From NCBI GenBank assembly GCA_964654205.1, contig CAZZHR010000001.1:131953-187037 (forward strand): DNA of 55,085 nucleotides, written 5' to 3'. Below the pieces are notes generated by a model. It was given only the letters and a program-made list of their open reading frames with translations, was not told where the DNA came from and made no database searches. A program made the position numbers and the translations under genes. The stretch is from an uncultured Candidatus Saccharibacteria bacterium. Its GTDB lineage: Bacteria > Patescibacteriota > Minisyncoccia > Phycocordibacterales > UBA2100. Below, in pieces: positions 8,682 through 17,175 of this stretch; the stretch's first letter is position 1; every line of letters begins with the position of its first letter.

Positions 8682-8936
8682 ATGGCAGATACAGACATCA
8701 ACATGACCGACCGATCGGAGAGCGCGGCGGGATGGGCGATAGCAGCAGTTGTCGTGGTCGCGATAATCATCGGCGCGGTGCTCCTCTTCCAAAACGGTCT
8801 CCCTGGAGTCCCGAACACCGGAACGGTTGATGAGACCAACATCAACATTCCGGCGCCGACGACAGGCACTGGGGGCACCGACATGAGCGGAACAGGAGGC
8901 ACTCAGATGGATATAGACGACACCGTGAGTCCGTAA
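8682..8936 (+). CDS. Small single-pass membrane protein
   Basis: MADTDIN... followed by the TM helix WAIAAVVVVAIIIGAVLLF. A GAGGAAA sequence lies upstream. The longer ORF-track start at 8586 has no support. Confidence 0.45.
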   Translation: MADTDINMTDRSESAAGWAIAAVVVVAIIIGAVLLFQNGLPGVPNTGTVDETNINIPAPTTGTGGTDMSGTGGTQMDIDDTVSP

Positions 8937-8999
8937 CGCACATGGCGATACCAAACAGACCGTCCCTCGGGGCGGTCTGTCGCGTGGTAGTCTGTGTGC

Positions 9000-9683
9000 A
9001 TGCAAAAAGTCCTGACCTACACCATACTGCTCGTGGCGCTCGCGGGAGTGGCATTTCTTGTGTGGAGCTACGCGCCTCGGCTCGAAGAGCCGCAGGTCGC
9101 GACCTCGACCTCGACGGCGCTCGAGATGCGCATCGTTGAAGACAGCGAGGACACCGCCGAGTATTCGATAGACATCCGCTACCCGCAGTTTGGCGACGAG
9201 GTCGTGGACGATGCCGTGAAGCGTGTCGTCGACCAGGCGACAGCGGCGTTCAAACTCTACCCGGCAGAGCGACAGGAGGACTCGGCGATTCCAAAGAACG
9301 AGCAGTCTATTACATTCAACAGTGTCTACACGGGGAGCGATTACGTGAGCGTCGAGCTCATGATTGCCGAATACACCGGCGGCGCGCACCCCAATTCCAT
9401 TCTCATTGGGGTCAATGTGAACAGGTCGACGGGTAAAGAAGTCTCGCTCGATGAAGCACTCACGCTCATAGGAAAAGACCTCGCATCGGTCGCGGCGCAG
9501 ACGAGAGCGGAGCTGAGTGCCAAACTCGGAGACGCGTTTTTCCCCGAAGGCGCGGTCGCATTGTCAGACAACTACGCGACATTCCTCATCGGGAGGGAGG
9601 AAGTTACATTCATTTTCAACAACTACCAAGTCGCGCCGTATGCGGCGGGACCCCAGCAGATTTCGTTCGAACGGGTGAAGTAG
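9000..9683 (+). CDS. DUF3298/DUF4163 (RsiV-like) membrane-anchored protein
   Basis: N-terminal TM helix plus YTGGAHP, the DUF3298 signature. The ATG at 9000 lies 6 nt after TGgTAGTCT. Confidence 0.65.
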   Translation: MQKVLTYTILLVALAGVAFLVWSYAPRLEEPQVATSTSTALEMRIVEDSEDTAEYSIDIRYPQFGDEVVDDAVKRVVDQATAAFKLYPAERQEDSAIPKNEQSITFNSVYTGSDYVSVELMIAEYTGGAHPNSILIGVNVNRSTGKEVSLDEALTLIGKDLASVAAQTRAELSAKLGDAFFPEGAVALSDNYATFLIGREEVTFIFNNYQVAPYAAGPQQISFERVK

Positions 9684-9702
9684 CGGGGTATAATATGCCT
9701 AC

Positions 9703-10488
9703 ATGACGAGCGGTGCGCACGGCATTCGCAGACGCATCGGGGATGCACTGCACAACGAGCACTCGCGCTGGTTTTTCCTCGTCAACGACTCGATTGCAGT
9801 CCTCATCGTTGTTTCAGTCTGTCTCCTCATTTTTGAAAGTGTGCCGACTATCGGCGGCGTGTATGGGCAATTCTTCTGGAACGCAGAGCTTCTCATCCTC
9901 TGCTTTTTCTCGGCCGAGTACCTGCTTCGCTTGTGGACGGCGGAGAGACCGATTCGCTATGCGAGGAGTTTCTTCGGTGTCATAGACGCGGTCGCGATTC
10001 TGCCAGGCCTTCTCGCGGTCTTGCTCCCCGTGCTCTTCCCGTACCACACGCTCGGCGTGCTTCGCATTTTGCGGGTACTTCGTATTCTGCGTGCACTTCG
10101 ACTCGTGCGATTTGTGCTCCCGACGAAGCGCCGGCAGCAAATGGCGAAGGATATGGCGAGCGGCGTCGCACTATTCAACATAGAAATATTCCTGTTCGCG
10201 TTCGCATCGGTCGTTGTTATCGCAGGCGCGCTCATGTACGCGGTCGAAGGCGCAGTACCTGGCTCGGCTTTCGGCAGCATTCCTGACGGCATGTGGTGGG
10301 CGGTCGTGACTATGACTACGGTGGGATACGGCGACCTTGTGCCTGCGACGGCGCTCGGCAAACTCATCGCATCCGCGACGATGCTGTCTGGGCTCGTCTT
10401 TCTCGCGCTCCTCGTCGCTGTCATGGGCCGCGCCATGCAGACGGTGCTCTTCGGCTCGCCCATAGATTCGGGTAAGTCCGCGAACTAG
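9703..10488 (+). CDS. Voltage-gated-type potassium channel
   Basis: S4-like RILRVLRILRALRLVRF and the TVGYGD selectivity filter. TATAAT lies 8 nt upstream of the ATG. Confidence 0.85.
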   Translation: MTSGAHGIRRRIGDALHNEHSRWFFLVNDSIAVLIVVSVCLLIFESVPTIGGVYGQFFWNAELLILCFFSAEYLLRLWTAERPIRYARSFFGVIDAVAILPGLLAVLLPVLFPYHTLGVLRILRVLRILRALRLVRFVLPTKRRQQMAKDMASGVALFNIEIFLFAFASVVVIAGALMYAVEGAVPGSAFGSIPDGMWWAVVTMTTVGYGDLVPATALGKLIASATMLSGLVFLALLVAVMGRAMQTVLFGSPIDSGKSAN

Positions 10489-10504
10489 GTATACTGCTGC
10501 GTAT

Positions 10505-11041
10505 ATGAATACCAATGCAATTATCGCGCTTGTCGCGGGGCTTGTGATTATCGGAGGAGGAGCGTACTACGTAATGAAGTCCGACTCAGTCGCAGTGCCA
10601 GCCGGGAATTCTGCCAATGAAACGATGAATGTTCAGAATGACGGCGCATTCAGCGGCTCCATCGTTGCGCTCTCGGAGCACGGTGGTGAGTGGAAGTGCA
10701 CGGTAGATACGACTTCGCAGACCGGCGGAGGACAAGCGGTATCGTCTGGCATCGTGTATGTATCGGACAACAAGGTGCGCGCTGATTTTGATGTGAGCGT
10801 CGCAGGCAGGGGAGCAATGAAAGCGTACATGATTGCCGATGGCGAATATGTGTATTCGTGGAGCTCGATGGTGCCGCAGGGCGTGAAGGTCGCGCAAGCG
10901 CAAGCAGAAAGTTCACAGGGTGCTGCGACGTCGGGGCAGGGAATGGATGCAAATACGAGTTACAGCTACGACTGTCAGCCGAGCAGTGCAGATGCTTCAC
11001 TCTTCGTACCGCCCTCGAACGTGACGTTTATGGCGTTGTAA
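10505..11041 (+). CDS. Membrane-anchored hypothetical protein
   Basis: N-terminal TM helix. TATACT lies 9 nt upstream of the ATG. Confidence 0.5.
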   Translation: MNTNAIIALVAGLVIIGGGAYYVMKSDSVAVPAGNSANETMNVQNDGAFSGSIVALSEHGGEWKCTVDTTSQTGGGQAVSSGIVYVSDNKVRADFDVSVAGRGAMKAYMIADGEYVYSWSSMVPQGVKVAQAQAESSQGAATSGQGMDANTSYSYDCQPSSADASLFVPPSNVTFMAL

Positions 11042-11070
11042 AAGCGGACAGTGCTCGATTGCTTGGAATT

Positions 11071-11739
11071 ATGATTGAGCGGCCACGAACTCACGATCGC
11101 AAAGCAGCTGAAGAAACTGCCGAGGTGTACCTGAGCAATCTTGGACTGGAATGGAAACAGCTCGAGGGCAAAAAAGTGCTGGATATCGGAGCGATGGATG
11201 CGCAGTTTGCGCACGCGGCTCGCCGCCGAGGCGTCGAAGTGATCTCCATAGATAAGGATTTCATCGAAGACGAGTGGGCTCCGCCGCGCGACAGCACATA
11301 TGCAGTAGCAAACGCTACGAGATTACCGTTTGCGAATGGGACGTTCGACTACGCAATCGCGCATACTTCGGCCATGCATTACATAGAAGACCGATACGAA
11401 TACGACGGGGGCTATGCAATCTATCTTGAAGATGTGCTTCGCGAGGCTTGTAGGGTGTTAAAGGAGGGGGGACAATACAGGTTTACCCCGACCGCTCTTG
11501 AAGAGGAGCTACGTGAACGAGCTGATGAAGCCATACCGGCACACAAGACTGATGCTTATGTACAATGGAAAATTGAGCGGGAATATCGTTTTCTTGAACC
11601 GATGGCGAAACGGGCTGGCTTTGAACGATTAGAGCTCTGTAGATTTGAAGGCGAGCAACTCGAGCGTCTAAAGTACGATTACAACTATATGCTCACACAC
11701 TTCTTCATGGCATTGAAAGGCGAGAAAAAGGCAGACTAG
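11071..11739 (+). CDS. Class I SAM-dependent methyltransferase
   Basis: KKVLDIGA..., and RLPFANGTFDYAIAH is Methyltransf_11-like. Start moved to MIERPR; the ORF-track N-terminal extension overlaps the preceding gene. Confidence 0.6.
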   Translation: MIERPRTHDRKAAEETAEVYLSNLGLEWKQLEGKKVLDIGAMDAQFAHAARRRGVEVISIDKDFIEDEWAPPRDSTYAVANATRLPFANGTFDYAIAHTSAMHYIEDRYEYDGGYAIYLEDVLREACRVLKEGGQYRFTPTALEEELRERADEAIPAHKTDAYVQWKIEREYRFLEPMAKRAGFERLELCRFEGEQLERLKYDYNYMLTHFFMALKGEKKAD

Positions 11740-11871
11740 TCCGTTCCCGAAGTGCGGTGGACTATTTTTTGCCCAGAAGGGAATTGTCTACAAGTTTTGC
11801 CTCGTCGCCACTGGGCAAACTCGCAGGCCGCCGCTGACGGTCGCGCGTGCTCGCGCGACATCGCTGCGAGG

Positions 11872-12111
11872 CTAAATGAGATGTCTGCGCGCGAATGCAG
11901 ACCCAGAGCCGTGTTTCAGATACTTCTCGAATGCGATAGCTTGCTGTTTACTCGGAAACCCGCAGAACCACTTGAGTAGAAATGGACGTTTCGAGTTTGT
12001 ATATTTTGCCTTGCCAGTATTGTGATCAGTAAGTCGCTGCTTTACGTCTTCAGTCGAGCCAACATAATTACTCTTGTCTTTCTGGCTTTGCAGAATGTAG
12101 ACGAAGTACAT
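11872..12111 (-). CDS. Small GIY-YIG nuclease-family protein
   Basis: MYFVYILQS...YVGST.D...R...HN is the GIY-YIG signature. The ATG at 12111 lies 6 nt after AATAAT. Confidence 0.8.
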   Translation of the reverse strand: MYFVYILQSQKDKSNYVGSTEDVKQRLTDHNTGKAKYTNSKRPFLLKWFCGFPSKQQAIAFEKYLKHGSGSAFARRHLI

Positions 12112-12195
12112 ATGTGAATTATTGTCCTGCTTCGCTAAAGCTACGCAGGACACTGCTTCTACTCGCTGCACTCGTGTCGCTGTGCAGTGCCTGCA

Positions 12196-12240
12196 CTGCT
12201 TCGTAAAAAGACCCGCTGATGCGGGCTTTTTACGAAGCAG
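12196..12240. terminator. Orphan 20-bp hairpin with terminator-like features on both strands
   Basis: CTGCTTCGTAAAAAGaCCCGC-TGAT-GCGGGCTTTTTACGAAGCAG. It lies between the starts of two divergent genes, so it terminates no annotated gene. Confidence 0.5.
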
Positions 12241-12483
12241 TGGAGATGTTGCCTGAGAATTGGAACCAGCTAGAGGCTTATATTTTTGATGCTTACGAGC
12301 TAATTAAGGCCCTCACTCTTCAAGAGGGGAGTAGAGCGCCGGCCGCTGCTTAGGGTCACATGGTGGTATTGGAATAGGAGAGATAACCCCGCCGCCGCAC
12401 TCGTTTGATAAAAGTATACCTATGTGGCATAGTGCGGGGCAGATTGGTCAACCTAGTCCCGCGCGACGGGCAGAAAGGATGCT

Positions 12484-13251
12484 ATGGAAACGAAACAGGT
12501 TCTGCGGCCGAACTTCGAGAAGCGCGGCGGGCTGGTGACAGTCGTCGCTCAAAACGCCCATACCCACGAGGTTCTGATGGTTGCCTACACCGACGAGGCT
12601 GGCTGGCGCAAGACACTCGAAACAGGCCTCGGCAGCTATTACTCGACCTCCCGCAAGAAGAGCTGGGTCAAGGGCGAGGAGAGCGGCAACTTCCAAAAAG
12701 TCATCGGTATGCGCATCGACTGCGATGGCGACGCGCTCATCTACCTCGTCGAGCCGAAAGGCCCCGGTGTGGCGTGCCACACCAATGCCCGGTCGTGCTT
12801 CTATCGGGTGATTGCGGGCAAAGGCCGCAATGCTCCAGCCCCTAAGGCCGGCAAGGACGAAGAGCTTCCGCTCGTGGAAGTGGAGGTGCATGAGAACCTA
12901 CTGCCGTACCCCATCAAGCAGGCCAAGTACTTCGAGCATGTCGAGCGGCCAGCAGATGCTGCGCCCGGCGTGCGCGTGGTCGAGTGGCTCAAACTCGCCT
13001 ACAACAAGGATGCCCCGAAGGGGTGGGAAGAGGTGGTGGTCTACCGCCCTCTCGACCAGAACGCGTACGTGTACAGGGTCAAGGGCGGCTGGGACTATCG
13101 ACCTCTCGGCGAGTTCATGCAGCGCTACCACCCCGTGATGGAAGACGAGCGCATCGCCGAACTCGACAAAATCGCGGAGAGGATTTACGCATCCACGGCT
13201 CGTATTGACCTGATTATCGCCGACCGTGACGGCACACAAAAGCAAGCCTAG
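12484..13251 (+). CDS. Phosphoribosyl-AMP cyclohydrolase (HisI) domain fused to an uncharacterised ~140-aa C-terminal domain
   Basis: GLVTVVAQNAHTHEVLMVAYTDE...SRKKSWVKGEESGNFQKV..MRIDCDGDALIYLVEP.GPGVACHTNARSCFY matches the HisI core, including the metal-binding Cys residues. Confidence 0.75.
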   Translation: METKQVLRPNFEKRGGLVTVVAQNAHTHEVLMVAYTDEAGWRKTLETGLGSYYSTSRKKSWVKGEESGNFQKVIGMRIDCDGDALIYLVEPKGPGVACHTNARSCFYRVIAGKGRNAPAPKAGKDEELPLVEVEVHENLLPYPIKQAKYFEHVERPADAAPGVRVVEWLKLAYNKDAPKGWEEVVVYRPLDQNAYVYRVKGGWDYRPLGEFMQRYHPVMEDERIAELDKIAERIYASTARIDLIIADRDGTQKQA

Positions 13252-13274
13252 TACTTGTACTAGGCCCGAACAAC

Positions 13275-13308
13275 AAGGCACGGCTTCGCGGCCGCGCCTT
13301 TTCTTTTT
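13275..13308 (+). terminator. Rho-independent terminator
   Basis: AAGGCaCGGC-TTCGCG-GCCGcGCCTT followed by TTCTTTTT, after the HisI-like gene. Confidence 0.65.
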
Positions 13309-13376
13309 GGTAAATGGTTCCAAATCAAAATCTCCTGGCACTAAAATGCCTTGGAAAATAAAGAGAAAAATACGAG

Positions 13377-13775
13377 TGGAAGTGGCGGGAATCGAACCCG
13401 CGTCCAGAAAGAAGCTACATGTACTCTTCTACGATGCGTAGACTGCCTTGGTCCGCCGGCTGGCGGATTTAGGTAACACGCGTATGAGACAGACAGAATC
13501 GCGTGAGACCGAGCTCTATTCTTAGATACTCCTCGAGCGGGGAGTATCAGTACCCGAATTTGATGACGTCGACTGAATGCCTATCGGATTTCGAGATTCA
13601 GAGACGGCTGGTTAGGCGAAAGCGTAACCAGGCTGAAGGTCTTTCATCTGAATAGGTGAAAGAACTCCGAATGCGGTTTTGGTCGCACTTGAAGATTTGG
13701 AGCAGTTTGAAAAGATACTCCAGCTTTGCATCGCACGTACATGTGCCGATCTTCCTGTCGAAGCCGATCACTCCC
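13377..13775 (-). ncRNA. ssrA: tmRNA (SsrA)
   Basis: The 5' end is GGGAGUGAUCGGCUUCGAC. The 3' end is GGACGCGGGUUCGAUUCCCGCCACUUCC-A. The 7-bp acceptor includes G3-U70. It lies directly downstream of smpB. The candidate tag frame ends ...PGYAFA-UAA (stop at 13612-13614). CCA is not encoded. Confidence 0.85.
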
Positions 13776-13837
13776 CACCCACGACCCATAGATTTCTCTT
13801 TGGGTCACGGGTGGCGATTGACCGACCACAAGATTGT

Positions 13838-14278
13838 TCAGTCTCTCAAAGAACGTCGTATCCTCCTCTTCTCCTCGCGCTCACGTATGGAATGACGTTT
13901 GTCTTCCTTTTTCTTTCCGCGTGCAATCGCGATGAGGAGCTTGAGGTTACGCCCTTTATTATACACCTTAAGCGGCACTATTGTCAAGCCCTTTTCGCCC
14001 TCTGCGGAGGCGATATGGGCGATTTCCTTCTGAGAGAGGAGCAATTTGCGCGTCCGCTCGGGGTCGTAGCTCTTGGGCGCATTGGCTGGCTGCCATGCAG
14101 GGATGGTGGCACCCACGAGGTACGCTTCGCCGCCGCGCGCGACGACGCGCGCGCCTTTGAGCGAGCCATGTCCGGCGCGGAGCGACCTAACTTCGTAGCC
14201 GTGCAACACCAGACCCGCCTCGATTTGTTCGAGGATGGTGTAATCAAAACCTATTCTTTTATTTTCGACTACTGTCAT
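13838..14278 (-). CDS. smpB: SsrA-binding protein
   Basis: ENKRIGFDY.ILE..EAGLVL.G.EV.SLR...L..A is canonical SmpB. Start set at MTVVENK; the ORF-track extension (MATGQA...) is a translation of the leader hairpin. Confidence 0.9.
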   Translation of the reverse strand: MTVVENKRIGFDYTILEQIEAGLVLHGYEVRSLRAGHGSLKGARVVARGGEAYLVGATIPAWQPANAPKSYDPERTRKLLLSQKEIAHIASAEGEKGLTIVPLKVYNKGRNLKLLIAIARGKKKEDKRHSIREREEKRRIRRSLRD

Positions 14279-14303
14279 ATATCGGAATGTGAAATGAGCG
14301 TTT

Positions 14304-14343
14304 GCCTGCCCCGTAGCCAACGCGCAGCGTTGTGGTACCGGGG
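14304..14343 (-). repeat. Conserved leader hairpin, copy 3, 25 nt upstream of the smpB ATG
   Basis: CCCCGGUACC-A-CAACGC-UGC-GCGUUG-GCUACGGGGCAGGC. Confidence 0.7.
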
Positions 14344-14393
14344 TTTTCTAGCGCGCTCATGCGGGCACTATACCCCATGAGATAATTGTCGGC

Positions 14394-14654
14394 ATGTTCT
14401 ATGTGTACGTTCTCCGAGGCCCCAAGCAGATGTACACGGGGTCAACAAATGATTTGGCGCGTCGCGTCAGAGAGCATTGCGTGGGAAAGAATGTTTCCAC
14501 GCGCAACAAGGGTCCGTGGAAGTTGATTTACTACGAAGCGTGCGACGATGAAGGCGATGCACGACGAAGAGAGAAGTACTTAAAGTCTGCTTGGGGCAAG
14601 CGATACCTGAAGCAGCGACTGCAGGGCAGCTTGCGACTATCTCACGGGGCGTAG
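14394..14654 (+). CDS. Small GIY-YIG nuclease-family protein
   Basis: MFYVYVLRG...YTGSTNDL.RR..EH is the GIY-YIG signature. GATAAT lies 7 nt upstream of the ATG. Confidence 0.8.
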   Translation: MFYVYVLRGPKQMYTGSTNDLARRVREHCVGKNVSTRNKGPWKLIYYEACDDEGDARRREKYLKSAWGKRYLKQRLQGSLRLSHGA

Positions 14655-14669
14655 CGTATACTCAGTTAT

Positions 14670-14990
14670 ATGGAATTCGGCGCGAGGCATCGGACGGAGC
14701 GGATAGGGCAGCGGAGCCGGTACAACATCGGTCTCGTGAGCAGCATCGATGTGCTCACGTACGTCGTGAGTTTCATATCACTTACTTTTGCAACGCACCA
14801 AGTGTGGCTCATCTGGTCGCTTCGCGACGCATCAAGCATATCGCTCGTGATGTGGAGCGCGTTTACACTCGGACACTTCGTGTGGGCGCTCTACGGCTAC
14901 GTGCACCACGAGAGACTCATTATGATCGTGCACGCAATCTGGGTGTGCTTCTGCATCCTCATCCTCATCGGCATCGTTGCGTTCTCCTAA
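14670..14990 (+). CDS. Small 3-TM membrane protein, PQ-loop/SemiSWEET-like
   Basis: Three predicted helices. THQVW...RDASSIS resembles the PQ-loop motif, with H in place of P. TATACT lies 7 nt upstream of the ATG. Confidence 0.45.
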   Translation: MEFGARHRTERIGQRSRYNIGLVSSIDVLTYVVSFISLTFATHQVWLIWSLRDASSISLVMWSAFTLGHFVWALYGYVHHERLIMIVHAIWVCFCILILIGIVAFS

Positions 14991-15037
14991 AAAGAACGCG
15001 GTCACGATTCTTTCATAAAGGCATCGGTACTGTATAA

Positions 15038-15180
15038 CCCGGTGACTACACTTTCGGCTTGCGCCCGCCGACACATCGTGCGCGCGCATTTCCAAGAAGC
15101 GTACATCACCCATGGAATTTTTGACCAATCTTTAGCGCGCTCGTGGTGCAAATAAAACTAGCCGAAAGTGTAGTACCGGG
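15038..15180. repeat. Long-range imperfect inverted repeat bracketing ~100 nt upstream of ftsH
   Basis: ACTACACTTTCGGC (15045-15058) pairs with GCCGAAAGTGTAGT (15161-15174). The match extends to about 20 bp with two indels. The right arm abuts the ftsH TATAAT. Confidence 0.45.
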
Positions 15181-15195
15181 TATAATCGTGCGGAT

Positions 15196-17124
15196 ATGAC
15201 TCCTAAACCCAAAGATCCCCTGCAGCAAAAAAAACCGAAAGAAAGCCCCCAGGGAGGCGGGAGTGTCTGGACGCAGCTCACGGTCGCGTTTGCAGTATTT
15301 CTCACGATTTCTATCGGGTATTCGTTCGTGCGCGAATATTTCGTGGGTGAGCCGGAGACTGTCGCAATCTCGCAAATAGCCAACGACATCACAGCGGGTC
15401 GCATCTCCTCGATCGTCGTATCTGGCACCAAGGTGACGGCTACGTACACCGATCAGTCGGAGAAAGTGTCGCGCAAAGAATCGGAGGCGTCGCTCACCGA
15501 GACGCTCGCCGTATACACCATCCCCGCAGAAAGACTCGCCGCGGTCAACATCACCGTAGAAGACGAGGGTGGCTTTCGTTTCTGGTTCTTTTCACTCGCG
15601 CCCATGCTTGTCCCCGTGCTTCTCCTGATTGGTATTATCTGGTACCTCTCGCGACAACTCAGGGGCGGTGGCGGCATGCAGGCATTCACCTTTGGCCGCT
15701 CGATGGCGAGACTCACGAGTCCAGAAGACGCCGGACAGAAGGTCACGTTTGCGGACGTGGCTGGCGCGAAGGAAGCGAAAGTAGAGCTCACCGAGATAGT
15801 CGACTTTCTCAAGAATCCAAAGAAGTTCATCCAGATAGGTGCTCGTATCCCCAAGGGCGTGCTCCTCATGGGCTCTCCCGGTACAGGTAAGACACTGCTC
15901 GCACGCGCCGTTGCCGGGGAAGCTGGCGTGCCGTTCTTCTCGATATCGGGCTCGGAATTCGTCGAGATGTTCGTCGGCGTGGGCGCTAGCCGCGTGCGCG
16001 ACCTCTTCGCTACTGCGAAAAAAAGCGCGCCAGCCATCGTATTCATGGACGAGATAGATGCAGTCGGCCGCGTGCGCGGCACGGGTGTCGGCGGCGGCAA
16101 CGACGAGCGCGAACAGACGCTCAATCAGATACTCGTCGAGATGGACGGGTTCGAGCCCAATGAGAAGGTCATCGTCATGGCCGCAACCAACAGGCCTGAT
16201 GTGCTCGACCCGGCGCTCCTGCGCCCCGGTCGATTCGACAGGCGTGTGATGATAGACCTCCCCGACAGGAAAGACCGCGAGGATATTTTGAAGACGCACT
16301 CGCGCATGAAGCCGATGGGACCAGATGTAAAGCTCTCTGTCATCGCAGAGCGCACACCTGGCTTTAGCGGTGCAGACCTCGCGAACCTCATGAACGAAGC
16401 TGCAATCCTCGCCGCGCGCGAAGATAGGAAAGAGGTGACACAGTACGACCTCATCCGATCGATAGAAAAGGTGATGCTCGGTCCCGAGAGGCGCTCGCAC
16501 GTCCTCAACAAGAAAGAGAAAGAAATCACGGCGTACCACGAGGCGGGGCACGCGCTCGTCGCATCGGTCTTGCCGTACGCCGACCCTGTCCACAAAATAT
16601 CTATCATTAGTCGCGGTCGCGCAGCGGGCTACACGCTCAAGCTCCCGCTCGAAGATAGAAAAATGCAGTCACGCCGTGAATTCCACGACGACATCGCAGT
16701 CTCGCTCGGCGGCTTCATCGCGGAGAAGATGGTGTATGGCGACATCACGACAGGTGCCAGCAACGATCTGCAGGTACTCACCGCGCTCGCGCGCAACATG
16801 GTCGCGCGCTACGGCATGTCCGACAAAATGGGTCCGATAGCATTTGCTGCGTCGGCTCAGCGCGCACTTTTCGGCGAAGGTATCGATGGCGAGCAGTCAC
16901 CGGAGACTGCATCGGCAATAGACGCGGAGGTGCGTAAAATAATCACCAACGCGTACAAGCGCGCCGAGGATGTCATGACGGAGCATCGTGCTGCGCTCGA
17001 CGCCATCGCCGCTAAGCTCATCGAGGTGGAAACAATCGAGCGCGAGGAATTCGAAAAAATCCTCATTGCGCACCACATCGTCCCCAAGAAAAAGGAGGAC
17101 ATCGAGCACGCCCCGTTAGCATAA
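15196..17124 (+). CDS. ftsH: ATP-dependent zinc metalloprotease FtsH
   Basis: Walker A GPPGTGKT-like (GSPGTGKT), the SRH region, and the HEAGHA zinc site. Confidence 0.97.
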   Translation: MTPKPKDPLQQKKPKESPQGGGSVWTQLTVAFAVFLTISIGYSFVREYFVGEPETVAISQIANDITAGRISSIVVSGTKVTATYTDQSEKVSRKESEASLTETLAVYTIPAERLAAVNITVEDEGGFRFWFFSLAPMLVPVLLLIGIIWYLSRQLRGGGGMQAFTFGRSMARLTSPEDAGQKVTFADVAGAKEAKVELTEIVDFLKNPKKFIQIGARIPKGVLLMGSPGTGKTLLARAVAGEAGVPFFSISGSEFVEMFVGVGASRVRDLFATAKKSAPAIVFMDEIDAVGRVRGTGVGGGNDEREQTLNQILVEMDGFEPNEKVIVMAATNRPDVLDPALLRPGRFDRRVMIDLPDRKDREDILKTHSRMKPMGPDVKLSVIAERTPGFSGADLANLMNEAAILAAREDRKEVTQYDLIRSIEKVMLGPERRSHVLNKKEKEITAYHEAGHALVASVLPYADPVHKISIISRGRAAGYTLKLPLEDRKMQSRREFHDDIAVSLGGFIAEKMVYGDITTGASNDLQVLTALARNMVARYGMSDKMGPIAFAASAQRALFGEGIDGEQSPETASAIDAEVRKIITNAYKRAEDVMTEHRAALDAIAAKLIEVETIEREEFEKILIAHHIVPKKKEDIEHAPLA

Positions 17125-17131
17125 AAAACAA

Positions 17132-17154
17132 GCGGGCGCCCTTTGGGCGCCCGC
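17132..17154. terminator. Bidirectional terminator between convergent ftsH and the 17176-17574 gene
   Basis: GCGGGCGCCC-TTT-GGGCGCCCGC, a perfect 10-bp stem. Confidence 0.75.
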
Positions 17155-17175
17155 GTCGTTGAGGTTGTAGCTGCT

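Noticed and set aside
10858-11070. N-terminal extension of the methyltransferase ORF
   Set aside because: It overlaps the 3' end of the preceding gene (10505-11041) out of frame. The methyltransferase fold begins after the ATG at 11071.
13679-14380. 233-aa plus-strand ORF
   Set aside because: It is entirely antisense to smpB and to the tmRNA 5' region. It has no motif, whereas smpB on the opposite strand is an unambiguous match.
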